Shown here piece by piece: positions 17,824 to 25,755 of a stretch of DNA of 37,242 bases. The number at the start of each line of letters is the position of its first letter. The stretch's first letter is position 1. A program made the translations under genes and the position numbers. Origin of the DNA: a virus (lineage: Duplodnaviria; Caudoviricetes); IMG/VR virus record IMGVR_UViG_3300025502_000066, positions 1-37,242 of that record; one strand, written 5' to 3'. The notes beneath the pieces were generated by a model, which had not been told where the DNA came from, did not search any database, and was given only the letters and a program-made list of their open reading frames with translations.

Positions 17824-18272
17824 AGCCCCGCCGCCTGACGGTCCCGAAAGTAATCGCTATACACGACCAGTTCCGCTTCCTGAGCCATCTGGCGGGCATA
17901 GCTAGCCGCCACACGGGCCAAGTGCGCCTGGTGGTGGGGGTCCCCCACATCCTGGAGTTTGCCAAGACGCTTGGCCGCGCCGTGAGCCTGGGCGCCCGTG
18001 TCATACTCGCCAAACTCTCCCACCGTATCGATGGTCATGTGGCCGTCAAGGTAGGTCACCTCACGCACACTGTAGCGGCGTTCCCCGCCCCATATGTCGC
18101 GCCCGCCCTGCTCACTCGAAACAAAATAGCGGCCACCATACACGGTGGAACTCACGCGGCTACCAAAGAATCTTAGGCTTGCCGGTTCGAACCAGTGGTT
18201 GCCACAGTCGCCCGCCATACGTCCAACGTCGCCCGTGTTCCAAAAGTACACACTGCTTTCCTTCGTGCTCAT
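17820..18272 (-). CDS. conserved-looking phage hypothetical protein
   Basis: HWF...LRFFGSRV...YFVSSE pattern; AAGGGG RBS. Confidence 0.7.
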   Translation of the reverse strand: MSTKESSVYFWNTGDVGRMAGDCGNHWFEPASLRFFGSRVSSTVYGGRYFVSSEQGGRDIWGGERRYSVREVTYLDGHMTIDTVGEFGEYDTGAQAHGAAKRLGKLQDVGDPHHQAHLARVAASYARQMAQEAELVVYSDYFRDRQAAGL

Positions 18273-18396
18273 TTTGATACCCCTTCATTTTCGAAAAGCT
18301 CCAGTTGGTCTTCTATGGCCTCAGCTAGCGGGATATGAGTCGCCCGGGCCACCAGCTTCGCAATTGCCAGCGTATCCGGGTGGACATAGCGGGGGC

Positions 18397-18621
18397 TCAT
18401 GCGTTGTGCCCAGACATGAAGTGACGCACGGCGAGACGGATACCCCACACGGGGCGGGGCGTGGCGTGGCGGCCGGTTGACAGTGTCACGGCGGGCAAGT
18501 GGCCCATCATTACTTGCCAGCGGGCGTGGCGCTTGGCGCTAGCCTTATCGCCGGCGAACTTGTGGCGGTAGTTGATGCCGCCGGGCGACTGGCCCGGGAC
18601 TGTGACTGTGTAGACGTTCAT
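18397..18621 (-). CDS. hypothetical protein
   Basis: ATG 18621 after AAAGGA. Confidence 0.5.
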   Translation of the reverse strand: MNVYTVTVPGQSPGGINYRHKFAGDKASAKRHARWQVMMGHLPAVTLSTGRHATPRPVWGIRLAVRHFMSGHNA

Positions 18622-18918
18622 TGTGTTTCCTTTCGTGGTGAGTGCCGCGCGGTGCGGCCTAGGCCCATCCTCGCACACCTTGAGATAAAAGTCCACTCCA
18701 TCCCAGGTGAGTTTCATAGGGTGGTAAGCGGGCGCCCGAAACTACGCTACAATACCCGGCCCCAGCCGCCACACAACCCCATCGGCCCAAAAGCGGAACG
18801 CGCCCCCACGCGCCCGATACACCATAAAGCCCCAAAAGTCAAACTTGACAAACACGCCCCAAGCCCAAACAATTCCCGGAACCCCGAACGGCCATGTCCG
18901 GTGTACGGCCCTGTCGCG

Positions 18919-19818
18919 CTAATTTAGAATCTGTTTTTGGTTTTTGGAAATAGGAAATTGTTTGACTTCAACGGTGCCAAACATTCCAGCAGCCTCAGTA
19001 ATGCGCTTCTCGCTAAGCAACGCATATTCAGGGTTTAGTTCTACTCCCAGGTAGTTGCGGTCATTTAGCAAGGCAACTTCACCTGTTGTGCCTGACCCGC
19101 TGAATGGGTCCAGCACAGTATCGCCAGGGGCAGAACCCGCCAGGATACAGGGCAGGATAAGCGCCGGTGGGTAGGTGGCAAAGTGGGCGCTTTTGTATGC
19201 CGCCACATTTACAGACCAAACAGAACGCCTGTTGCGGGTGAATGGCCCTGATATTTCCTTCCCCCTGTTGCCTGTTTGTTTTGTCTGACCGGGCGCGTGG
19301 TATGAGGTGCCGGTAGCATCGTGGTGGGTTTGAGCAACTGCAGGTTCTTTGATTGCCTCATGGTCGTAGTAGTAGCTGGTTTGTTTGCTAAACAAGAAAA
19401 TGTATTCGTGCGATTTTGTACAACGGTCTTTCACGCTCTCCGGCATAGGGTTAGGTTTCGCCCAGATAATGTCCTGCCTCAAGTACCAGCCACGCGCCCG
19501 CATAGCAAACGCAAACATCCAAGGAATACCCACCAAGTCCTTTACCTTCACCTCGCCTTGAGCAGTTTTCCCGTAAGTGTCCCCAAGATTCACCCAGCAA
19601 GTCCCATCATCTGCCAGCACCCGCCACACCTCATCGAACACTAGGCACAAATTCTCAATAAACGCTTCAGGGGAATCCTCCAAACCAAGCTGCGCCTCCT
19701 GACCGTAATCCCGCAAACCCCAATAAGGCGGCGAAGTCACACACGTTCTCGCGGTTCCAGCCGGTAAGGTTTTCAGCGTGTCGCTGGCGTTGCCAACAAT
19801 AATTTTTGCAGTGTTCAT
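18919..19818 (-). CDS. amino DNA methyltransferase, beta class (SPPY, possibly N4-cytosine)
   Basis: VTSPPYWGLRDY, IIWAKPNPMPESVKDR, HFATYP, VLDPFSGSGTTG. Confidence 0.92.
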   Translation of the reverse strand: MNTAKIIVGNASDTLKTLPAGTARTCVTSPPYWGLRDYGQEAQLGLEDSPEAFIENLCLVFDEVWRVLADDGTCWVNLGDTYGKTAQGEVKVKDLVGIPWMFAFAMRARGWYLRQDIIWAKPNPMPESVKDRCTKSHEYIFLFSKQTSYYYDHEAIKEPAVAQTHHDATGTSYHAPGQTKQTGNRGKEISGPFTRNRRSVWSVNVAAYKSAHFATYPPALILPCILAGSAPGDTVLDPFSGSGTTGEVALLNDRNYLGVELNPEYALLSEKRITEAAGMFGTVEVKQFPISKNQKQILN

Positions 19819-19829
19819 AATTTCCCCTG

Positions 19830-20108
19830 TCAGTCGTTCTTTTTTTTCTTTTTCAGATTTAGCGCCGCAAAGTCTTTTTTCTGCTGCATTTGTTCTGCTT
19901 CTTCGGCGTCTGCTGCGTGTTGCGCGTATCCTTTTTGGTAGCCGTCTATTTGCGATAACCCCGATTGGTAGCCAATTTCGTAGCCCGCCTGGTATCCCAT
20001 TTCGTGGTTGTCGCCGTCTGACCGTCCGTCTTGGTAGCCTTCTCTGTGACCTACATCGCGCCCTTCGTACCAGGCATCGGGGATTGCATTGTCGTGTCTT
20101 TTGCTCAT
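19830..20108 (-). CDS. hypothetical protein with GYxxG repeats
   Basis: Repeated G-Y-x-x-G; AAGGAGG RBS. Confidence 0.65.
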   Translation of the reverse strand: MSKRHDNAIPDAWYEGRDVGHREGYQDGRSDGDNHEMGYQAGYEIGYQSGLSQIDGYQKGYAQHAADAEEAEQMQQKKDFAALNLKKKKKND

Positions 20109-20293
20109 GGTTCCTCCTTGGTTTTTTGGGTGCTTGGTTTGTATCTCCAGTGGATACTTTTCAAGTTTTTAGTTTTTTTTAGCGAACTGTTAGTAAGCTT
20201 GCCCGGTAGTAACAGTTCGGGTTTTCCGAACAGTTGCCGGACGATTGCAGCGGTGTTGTGCGGATGATTGCTAATGTCCGCCTTCGTCGACAC
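20105..20293 (-). CDS. hypothetical protein
   Basis: Stop overlaps the next ATG; start uncertain. Confidence 0.35.
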   Translation of the reverse strand: MSTKADISNHPHNTAAIVRQLFGKPELLLPGKLTNSSLKKTKNLKSIHWRYKPSTQKTKEEP

Positions 20294-20373
20294 TAACCCC
20301 GAAACTGTGGGTAATGCGGGGATAAGCCGACATTGCGTGAAGTCGGGATATGTCCATACCGTTTACACATGGG

Positions 20374-20583
20374 TTAGACGTGTAAACTTTTGGCCATTTT
20401 TTTTACACGTTGGTGTTCGTTTATGTGTTGTTGGGCTTCTTGGCGGTCGCGTACTGCTTTGCCGTAGATTGTGATGAAGGGTGGCGCGAAACCGTACTTG
20501 TTGCAGTTCTCCAAGCAGACCGCTTCGTGGCTCACCGCGACGGCGAGAGTGTGTTCGAGCTCTTGGTGCGTTTTAGTTACCAT
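20374..20583 (-). CDS. hypothetical protein
   Basis: TGATG overlap. Confidence 0.55.
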   Translation of the reverse strand: MVTKTHQELEHTLAVAVSHEAVCLENCNKYGFAPPFITIYGKAVRDRQEAQQHINEHQRVKKMAKSLHV

Positions 20584-21005
20584 CAGGCGGGCACTTTGCT
20601 GACTTGTGTTTTTTCTTCGGCGTACACAATTTCGACTAGGCGCGTAATGCCCAAGAGGACTCGCAATGCTTCCATGGCGCTATCCCTGTTTTTGAGCGCT
20701 GTCTGGTAGTAGCCTTCTTGGGCTTCGGAGAGCCCGTAGCCGCGTACTTCTGCTTCCCAGGCGAGGACCTCTTGGTTGATTTTCTTGTACTCGGAGATGA
20801 GGGCGTTTTCTTCGTGTAGTGCCCCAAAGGCTTCCACGGCGACCGATAGATAATGGTGTGTCAAGTCGCGACAGTTTCTAAGTACGGTTTCTGCGACGCT
20901 GTCGTGCGGGTGCTCGAGGGTTCTGTAGAGGGCTACGGTCATCAGGTCCAGGCTTTCTTCGTAGAGAGCCCAGGCGTCGTTTACTGCTTCTTGTTTAGTG
21001 TTCAT
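20583..21005 (-). CDS. hypothetical helical protein, first gene of the leftward arm
   Basis: Leaderless arrangement TGG-TAGCTT-6 nt-ATG. Confidence 0.7.
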   Translation of the reverse strand: MNTKQEAVNDAWALYEESLDLMTVALYRTLEHPHDSVAETVLRNCRDLTHHYLSVAVEAFGALHEENALISEYKKINQEVLAWEAEVRGYGLSEAQEGYYQTALKNRDSAMEALRVLLGITRLVEIVYAEEKTQVSKVPA

Positions 21006-21128
21006 GGCGCCAAGCTACCACAATTTGGGGCGCGCCGCTAGGGGAGTGAGTCAACTACAAACTGAGAGTTGATGGTTCGGCAAATGAGCGTGTTCGGCTG
21101 ACAGCGGAACAAGGCAATTACCCGAACG

Positions 21129-21279
21129 TGTTGTATAGCAATAAAGCTATATTCCTGTTGTATAGCAATAAAGCTATATTTGTACCTAGTTGGGTACATA
21201 TGTGACATAAGTGTCACAAACGTACCAAAATTGGTACGGTATTGGCACGTTTCGTCCACAGCTAACTTTATCGGGTACA
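21129..21279. repeat. array of 18-bp palindromes (6-N6-6), about 20-bp period
   Basis: Perfect units start at 21134, 21161, 21181, 21201 and 21221; degenerate units at 21243 and 21262. Confidence 0.9.
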
Positions 21280-21285
21280 GGAACC

Positions 21286-21311
21286 TAGTGGAAATGTGGA
21301 GAGTCGAACTC
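21286..21311 (-). ncRNA. 3' piece of a tmRNA tRNA-like domain (part of T-arm, acceptor 3' strand, A73)
   Basis: Minus strand reads GAG TTCGACT CTCCA CATTTCC A CTA. Confidence 0.75.
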
Positions 21312-21819
21312 GGCGCGTGGAGGGTGGTAGAATGAAACTATGCCTTATGTGGAAAGAACCTGCTTAGAGTGCCTCCAGAAATACAAGCCCAGCAGCCGAC
21401 ATTCTAAATGTCCGGAATGCAGGAAAGAGTCCCTAAAAACTCCCTGCGTAGTATGCGGTCGTCTCAAGCAAAGAAAATCACAAGCTTGCAATGATTGCTT
21501 TTCGCGCGCTTGGGACAAGAACCCAAACTGGAAAGGCGGGCAAATCAGTCACGCAAGAGGCTACCTAATGGTCAGGATTCCCTTTGCGGATGGCAACAAA
21601 TCAAAGTACAAGTTTCACCACGTTCTTGTCATGGAGGATTACTTGGGCAGAGAATTGACAAAGACAGAGAATGTGCATCACATTAATGGCGTTAAAGATG
21701 ACAACCGGATAGAAAATCTGGAACTTTGGGTCAAGCCTCAGCCAACGGGAATAAGAGTCGAGGATGCTGTGGCGTGGGCAAAAGAGATTATTGAGCTTTA
21801 CGACCAGCCACCTAAGTGA
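21312..21819 (+). mobile_element. free-standing HNH cassette (promoter plus ORF) inserted in the T-stem of the tmRNA-like gene
   Basis: Removing these 508 bp restores a perfect TGGAG/CTCCA T-stem. The right boundary is the HNH stop codon. Confidence 0.7.
21340..21819 (+). CDS. HNH endonuclease
   Basis: HVLVMEDYLGR..VHHINGVKDDNRIENLELW; N-terminal CxxC repeats. Leaderless promoter TGG-TAGAAT-6 nt-ATG. Confidence 0.92.
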   Translation: MPYVERTCLECLQKYKPSSRHSKCPECRKESLKTPCVVCGRLKQRKSQACNDCFSRAWDKNPNWKGGQISHARGYLMVRIPFADGNKSKYKFHHVLVMEDYLGRELTKTENVHHINGVKDDNRIENLELWVKPQPTGIRVEDAVAWAKEIIELYDQPPK

Positions 21820-21875
21820 CAGTCCGGCCTGACCCCGCGTGCGGGATTATCTTGCCGTCGAAACCGTCCATTCCC
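21820..21875 (-). ncRNA. 5' piece of a tmRNA tRNA-like domain with a short closed P2 arm (no mRNA-like domain)
   Basis: Minus strand reads GGGAATG GACGGTTTCGA CGGC AAGATAAT CCCGCACGCGGG GTCAG GCCG GAC TG. Confidence 0.75.
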
Positions 21876-21932
21876 TAAAAAGAAAACCTGCCCGTACCCA
21901 TTAAGGGAAGAGGGGCAGGTGTTAGTAACACA

Positions 21933-21941
21933 AGTGTAGCA
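21933..21941 (-). promoter_or_regulatory. extended -10 element upstream of tmRNA-like copy 1
   Basis: TGC-TACACT on the minus strand. Confidence 0.5.
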
Positions 21942-21955
21942 CCCCCGGACATGGG

Positions 21956-21986
21956 AAAACCCCCACCGCCAAGCAAACGGTGAGGG
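21956..21986 (-). terminator. terminator-like hairpin after the duplicated tmRNA-like 5' half
   Basis: CCCTCACCG/CGGTGGGGG followed by TTTT. The G-U pairs form only on the minus strand. Confidence 0.5.
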
Positions 21987-22087
21987 ATTATCCTGCCGTC
22001 GAAACCGTCCATTCCCTAAAAACAAAACCTGCCCGGTCCGTTTGACCGGTGCTCCGGGAAGGACTACAGGGACGGTGCCGGGGCTAG

Positions 22088-22162
22088 CAAAGCACACGGA
22101 GTCGAACCGAAATCTATTCACACCATCGAGGATGTGATGCTCTGCCGTTGAGCTATTGCCTC
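22088..22162 (-). tRNA. degenerate tRNA-like gene with a 10-nt anticodon loop
   Basis: Canonical D arm TAGCTCAACGGCAGAGCA, stem TCACA/TGTGA, T-loop GG TTCGACT CC. T and acceptor stems are weak. Confidence 0.55.
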
Positions 22163-22168
22163 ATACGT

Positions 22169-22189
22169 ACTGTAGCACAATGGTAGACT
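22169..22189. promoter_or_regulatory. back-to-back divergent extended -10 promoters
   Basis: Minus TGC-TACAGT (22169-22177) and plus TGG-TAGACT (22181-22189), the latter 6 nt before ATG 22196. Confidence 0.65.
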
Positions 22190-22195
22190 CTTTGC

Positions 22196-22702
22196 ATGGA
22201 AGTGGAAAAAAGCTCGCTCGATAAAAAGCTACTGAGTCACGCACGGAAGTCGCCGATGGAAATTGCGGAGCTCACCGGACTGGAGCCCGGGTATGTCGCG
22301 GAACGTATTACGTATTTGCTGGACAGTAAAGACTGGTTGACGGACCGCCAAGAGGAACGTTTGCTTCTGATGGAGGCAGTGTCACTCAAGGATAAAGCCA
22401 ACGATATGCTTGACCAGGTAGAGGACCCTAACGGTTTTGCTGCCGTGGCGAACGTGGTGCTGAGGTCGTTGAAGCTTATGAGTGAGAGGTTGGATTCTCG
22501 AAGGAAACTTGTTGATGATGATATCAACCGGATAACGACCGCTCACGCAAAAATTTTCGCAGAAGCCTTTGATTCGGCCCTGCAATACATTATCGTGGGG
22601 TTCAGAGCTTTTGACGGGGTGCCCGAGGATGGGGACATTGACGATTTGGTAGAAGAGGGACTGAAAAGGGCTAGGAAGATTCTTGATGCCAACCTACTTT
22701 GA
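22196..22702 (+). CDS. putative terminase small subunit
   Basis: N-terminal HTH (SPMEIAELTGL), helical, immediately upstream of TerL. Confidence 0.6.
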   Translation: MEVEKSSLDKKLLSHARKSPMEIAELTGLEPGYVAERITYLLDSKDWLTDRQEERLLLMEAVSLKDKANDMLDQVEDPNGFAAVANVVLRSLKLMSERLDSRRKLVDDDINRITTAHAKIFAEAFDSALQYIIVGFRAFDGVPEDGDIDDLVEEGLKRARKILDANLL

Positions 22703-24221
22703 GCAAGTGCTTGATGAGGCCATGAAGGAAATGCGCCACAAGTCCCGTTTGCGTTTGTACCAGGATGACCCGGCCGCGTGGCTGTGGGACGTGCTCGGCA
22801 AGAGGTGGTACTCGAAGCAGACCGAGGTGGCCCAGAGCTTTATGGACAACACTCGCACAGCGGTCAAGTCCGCTAACGGTTGTGGGAAGTCTGCGGTCGT
22901 GGCAGACCTTATTACGTGGACGGTGGCCACGAGTGTCCCGGCTGACACGTTGTGCATAGTGTCGGCGCCCACCATGTCCCAGGTGGAGAAAGTTATCTTC
23001 GCCTATCTCAAAGTCAATAAGGGTATGGCCAAAGCTCGCGGGCTCGAGCTCCCCGGTCGCATTACCGAGACGCTGGCGTGGAAGCTAGACGGACCAGAGG
23101 GCGCTGAGTTCCTTGTGTTCGGGAAGCGACCACCTGACCAAGACATTGTAAACTCGTTCCAGGGGACACGTAAGAAGAACACGAAAGTTTTTTTGGATGA
23201 GGGTGGCGGTTTGCCGGCAGCAATGTTTACGGCTTCGGAGGCGGTAGCCACTGGTGCCAATTCGGGAATTCTGGTTATTGGTAACCCGGACAATCGTGGC
23301 ACCGAGTTCCACAAGATTTTCACTGACCCGAACTTGATGCAGGACTGGAACCGGCAAACTATTGGGGTGCATGACCTCCCCACATTCACCGGGGAAATTG
23401 TGTACGAGGACCCGGAGAAGCAACAAGCGATGCTTGATGGGCTTACAAGTGTGGAGTGGGTGGAGCACAAGAAAAGGGCTTGGGGTATTGAGTCCGCACG
23501 GTACAAGTCGAAGGTGCTTGGGGAGTTCCCCGATGAGGCCGACAACACATTCTTTTCGCAGAAAGCGATTGATACTGGTGTGGATACGGATATACCGGAG
23601 GATGGGGATGAGAGTATTACGTTGGGCTTGGACGTGGCGCGTTATGGTGCGGACGAGAACGTACTGTATTGCAACCAGGGTGGCCGGCTAAGAATTATTG
23701 ATAGGTGGTCTAAACTGGACACTATTGAAACAGCTAGGAGAGCTCATGGACACACGCAAAGACTCATGGCCGGAATCCTCAACGTGGACGTCAATGGTGT
23801 GGGTGGTGGTGTCGTCGATGCTCTTTTGCGTTTGGATGAGTTTGATAACGCCGTTTATTCTGTTGGTTCTATTAATGGGTCAAACTCTTCGCCTGATACG
23901 GCTCGTTGGGCGAACGCTCGTGCGTGGCATTACGACACGTTCCGAGAACTCGTTACAAACGGGAGCATTGACCTAGACTTTGAGGATAAGGGTTTGCGTG
24001 AGGAGATGATTACGCAAACGTACAAGTTCAATGCTAGTGGCGCCATTCTTATGACAAGTAAGGATGATATGAAAAAGGCGGGCATTGCTTCGCCTGACTC
24101 TTTGGATGCCGCAATTCTGGCCACCATTAGCCATGTCGATTATGGTGTTTCTCCGGGGGACGTTGTGGGTACGGATGATTCCGAAGAGGAGCACGCTTTC
24201 TACACTGACACTTACTGGTAG
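22683..24221 (+). CDS. terL: terminase large subunit
   Basis: Walker A SANGCGKS, Walker B FLDEGG, IGNP, nuclease motifs LGLDVARYGAD and SPDSLDA. Confidence 0.95.
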   Translation: MMPTYFEQVLDEAMKEMRHKSRLRLYQDDPAAWLWDVLGKRWYSKQTEVAQSFMDNTRTAVKSANGCGKSAVVADLITWTVATSVPADTLCIVSAPTMSQVEKVIFAYLKVNKGMAKARGLELPGRITETLAWKLDGPEGAEFLVFGKRPPDQDIVNSFQGTRKKNTKVFLDEGGGLPAAMFTASEAVATGANSGILVIGNPDNRGTEFHKIFTDPNLMQDWNRQTIGVHDLPTFTGEIVYEDPEKQQAMLDGLTSVEWVEHKKRAWGIESARYKSKVLGEFPDEADNTFFSQKAIDTGVDTDIPEDGDESITLGLDVARYGADENVLYCNQGGRLRIIDRWSKLDTIETARRAHGHTQRLMAGILNVDVNGVGGGVVDALLRLDEFDNAVYSVGSINGSNSSPDTARWANARAWHYDTFRELVTNGSIDLDFEDKGLREEMITQTYKFNASGAILMTSKDDMKKAGIASPDSLDAAILATISHVDYGVSPGDVVGTDDSEEEHAFYTDTYW

Positions 24222-24247
24222 CCCATAACTACTGGTAAGATAGCTCC

Positions 24248-25732
24248 ATGGGTATTTTAGACACTTTTATGGGCACTTCGAAGGATTCTCAGGCTCTTTT
24301 GGAGCAGATTGATAAGCTTTCTGAGGACAATACGTTACTCACTGAGACTTATGCGGCCATGGCGAGAGCGACTTTGGCTTTTGAAGACCAAGGTTGGACT
24401 CCGCTAAACCAGTACGCTCAGAGCGGCATGTTGCTTGTTGACATAAAAAAGGCTTCCGCGAGTGCACGAAAACAGACGACTTCTAACTCTTTGCTCAAGC
24501 GGGGGGCGGCCCTTCGTGCGGGCTATGTGTTTGGTCGTGGCTTTAAGATGGCTTCCGATGGGGAACCGTTAGCGCCCCGGCACCAGGCAATTATTGATAA
24601 CCCAGTGAACCGTAAAGTTTTGTTTAGCAAAGATGCTTGCAAGAAAAACGAGAAGGCTCTATTCACTGACGGAAACTTTTTTGTTGTTTACAATAAGACC
24701 ACTAAACTTTTTAGCCGAATTCCTCTTGCGGAAATATCTGGTTTCGCTACGGACCCGGATGACCCTGAAACAATTCGTTATTACGAACGCGAGTACCAAA
24801 AGGGGGTTGTGGACAGTAGTGCTGCTACTGGCATTCTTTATACGCTGACTAAGGCGTGGTATCCCGTTGACCATGTTGAAAAACCTGTATCAATGATTCA
24901 GGGTATTCCGGTGCAACGAAACTCTTTTGTTATTGACATAAAAGCTAATGATGACACGGGGCAGCTTTGGGGTGTCCCCGATTCTTTGCCAGCACTTCCT
25001 TGGGCTTGGGCGTATTCGGAGTACCTCAAAGATGGTTCGAAGATGCTGAAAGCTTTGGCTTCTATTGCTTGGCAGGTGACCACCAAGAGCACTAAGGGTG
25101 GGAAAAACATTTCTGCGAAGCTGACAAAGAACAAAGATGTTGCTGCGACGGCGGTAACGGGTGCAGGGATTGAGCTTTCTTCTATGCCGAGGACGAACGC
25201 GGTGGACCTTGCGACCGGTATGCCTTTGGCCGCGATGACCGCAACTTCTCTTGAGGTCGGGGTGAAAGCGTTACTGGCTGGAAGCGAAGACACTGGTGGG
25301 GGCGGTTCTCAAGTTATTGACCAGCCCACGTTGAGTGCCGCGTACACGCGCCAGGGTAGCTGGGAAGAGTTCTTCACCCGTGTGCTCAAAATCATGGGGG
25401 TCAAAGCGCCTACTGTTACGTTCAACAACATTATTGTTGACCCGGCGTACCGCACGATTCAGTCCCTTGCGACCGCGTGGATGAGCGGGCTGTTTGACCC
25501 TGAGATTATGCAGGAAGCTTTCGCGGAGCAGATTGGTATTGAGGCTCCCGGCCTCGTGCCGGTTGGTGCCCTTGTTCCGAACAACGCATCAAGCTTTGCT
25601 AACGATGGGCAAACACTTGGTGCCGGAAACCCTAACAACAATTCAACTTCACAAGGTAACTCTGGAACTGGCGATGGTGACCTTTCGGACGGCGATAATA
25701 TCATGCGGGACAGGCAAGACGACCCTAGGTAA
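24248..25732 (+). CDS. portal protein
   Basis: 494 aa directly after TerL; LFTDGNFF and WGVPDSLPALPW motifs. Confidence 0.85.
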   Translation: MGILDTFMGTSKDSQALLEQIDKLSEDNTLLTETYAAMARATLAFEDQGWTPLNQYAQSGMLLVDIKKASASARKQTTSNSLLKRGAALRAGYVFGRGFKMASDGEPLAPRHQAIIDNPVNRKVLFSKDACKKNEKALFTDGNFFVVYNKTTKLFSRIPLAEISGFATDPDDPETIRYYEREYQKGVVDSSAATGILYTLTKAWYPVDHVEKPVSMIQGIPVQRNSFVIDIKANDDTGQLWGVPDSLPALPWAWAYSEYLKDGSKMLKALASIAWQVTTKSTKGGKNISAKLTKNKDVAATAVTGAGIELSSMPRTNAVDLATGMPLAAMTATSLEVGVKALLAGSEDTGGGGSQVIDQPTLSAAYTRQGSWEEFFTRVLKIMGVKAPTVTFNNIIVDPAYRTIQSLATAWMSGLFDPEIMQEAFAEQIGIEAPGLVPVGALVPNNASSFANDGQTLGAGNPNNNSTSQGNSGTGDGDLSDGDNIMRDRQDDPR

Positions 25733-25755
25733 GAATATCGTGATATTATTGTGAT

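Larger units (their letters stand above)
21843..22035. repeat. 52-bp direct repeat (21843-21894, 21984-22035; 50/52 identical)
   Basis: GGGATTATCyTGCCGTCGAAACCGTCCATTCCCTAAAAAsAAAACCTGCCCG occurs twice, 141 bp apart. Confidence 0.95.

Noticed and set aside
18845-18873. Rightward promoter TTGACA-17-AACAAT
   Set aside because: The -10 lacks the first T and no plus-strand gene follows. Antisense transcription cannot be excluded.
405-21041. Numerous plus-strand ORFs in the left arm (and minus-strand ORFs in the right arm)
   Set aside because: They are antisense shadows of well-supported, tightly coupled genes on the other strand.
21038-21259. 73-aa minus-strand ORF
   Set aside because: No RBS. 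It is a translation of the palindrome array (duplicated YSFIAIQ) and probably incidental.
21129-21279. CRISPR array
   Set aside because: No constant repeat alternating with unique spacers, and no cas genes. The units are themselves different palindromes.
21312-21819. Group I intron in the tmRNA-like gene
   Set aside because: The insert is almost entirely an ORF antisense to the RNA, leaving no room for a ribozyme core.
21843-22035. Hammerhead ribozyme (CGAAAC present)
   Set aside because: No CUGANGA core on that strand. The opposite strand fits the tmRNA D-loop better.
21798-22121. 107-aa minus-strand ORF with a repeated peptide
   Set aside because: Explained by the 52-bp repeat. It overlaps the structured RNA elements and contains terminator-like hairpins.
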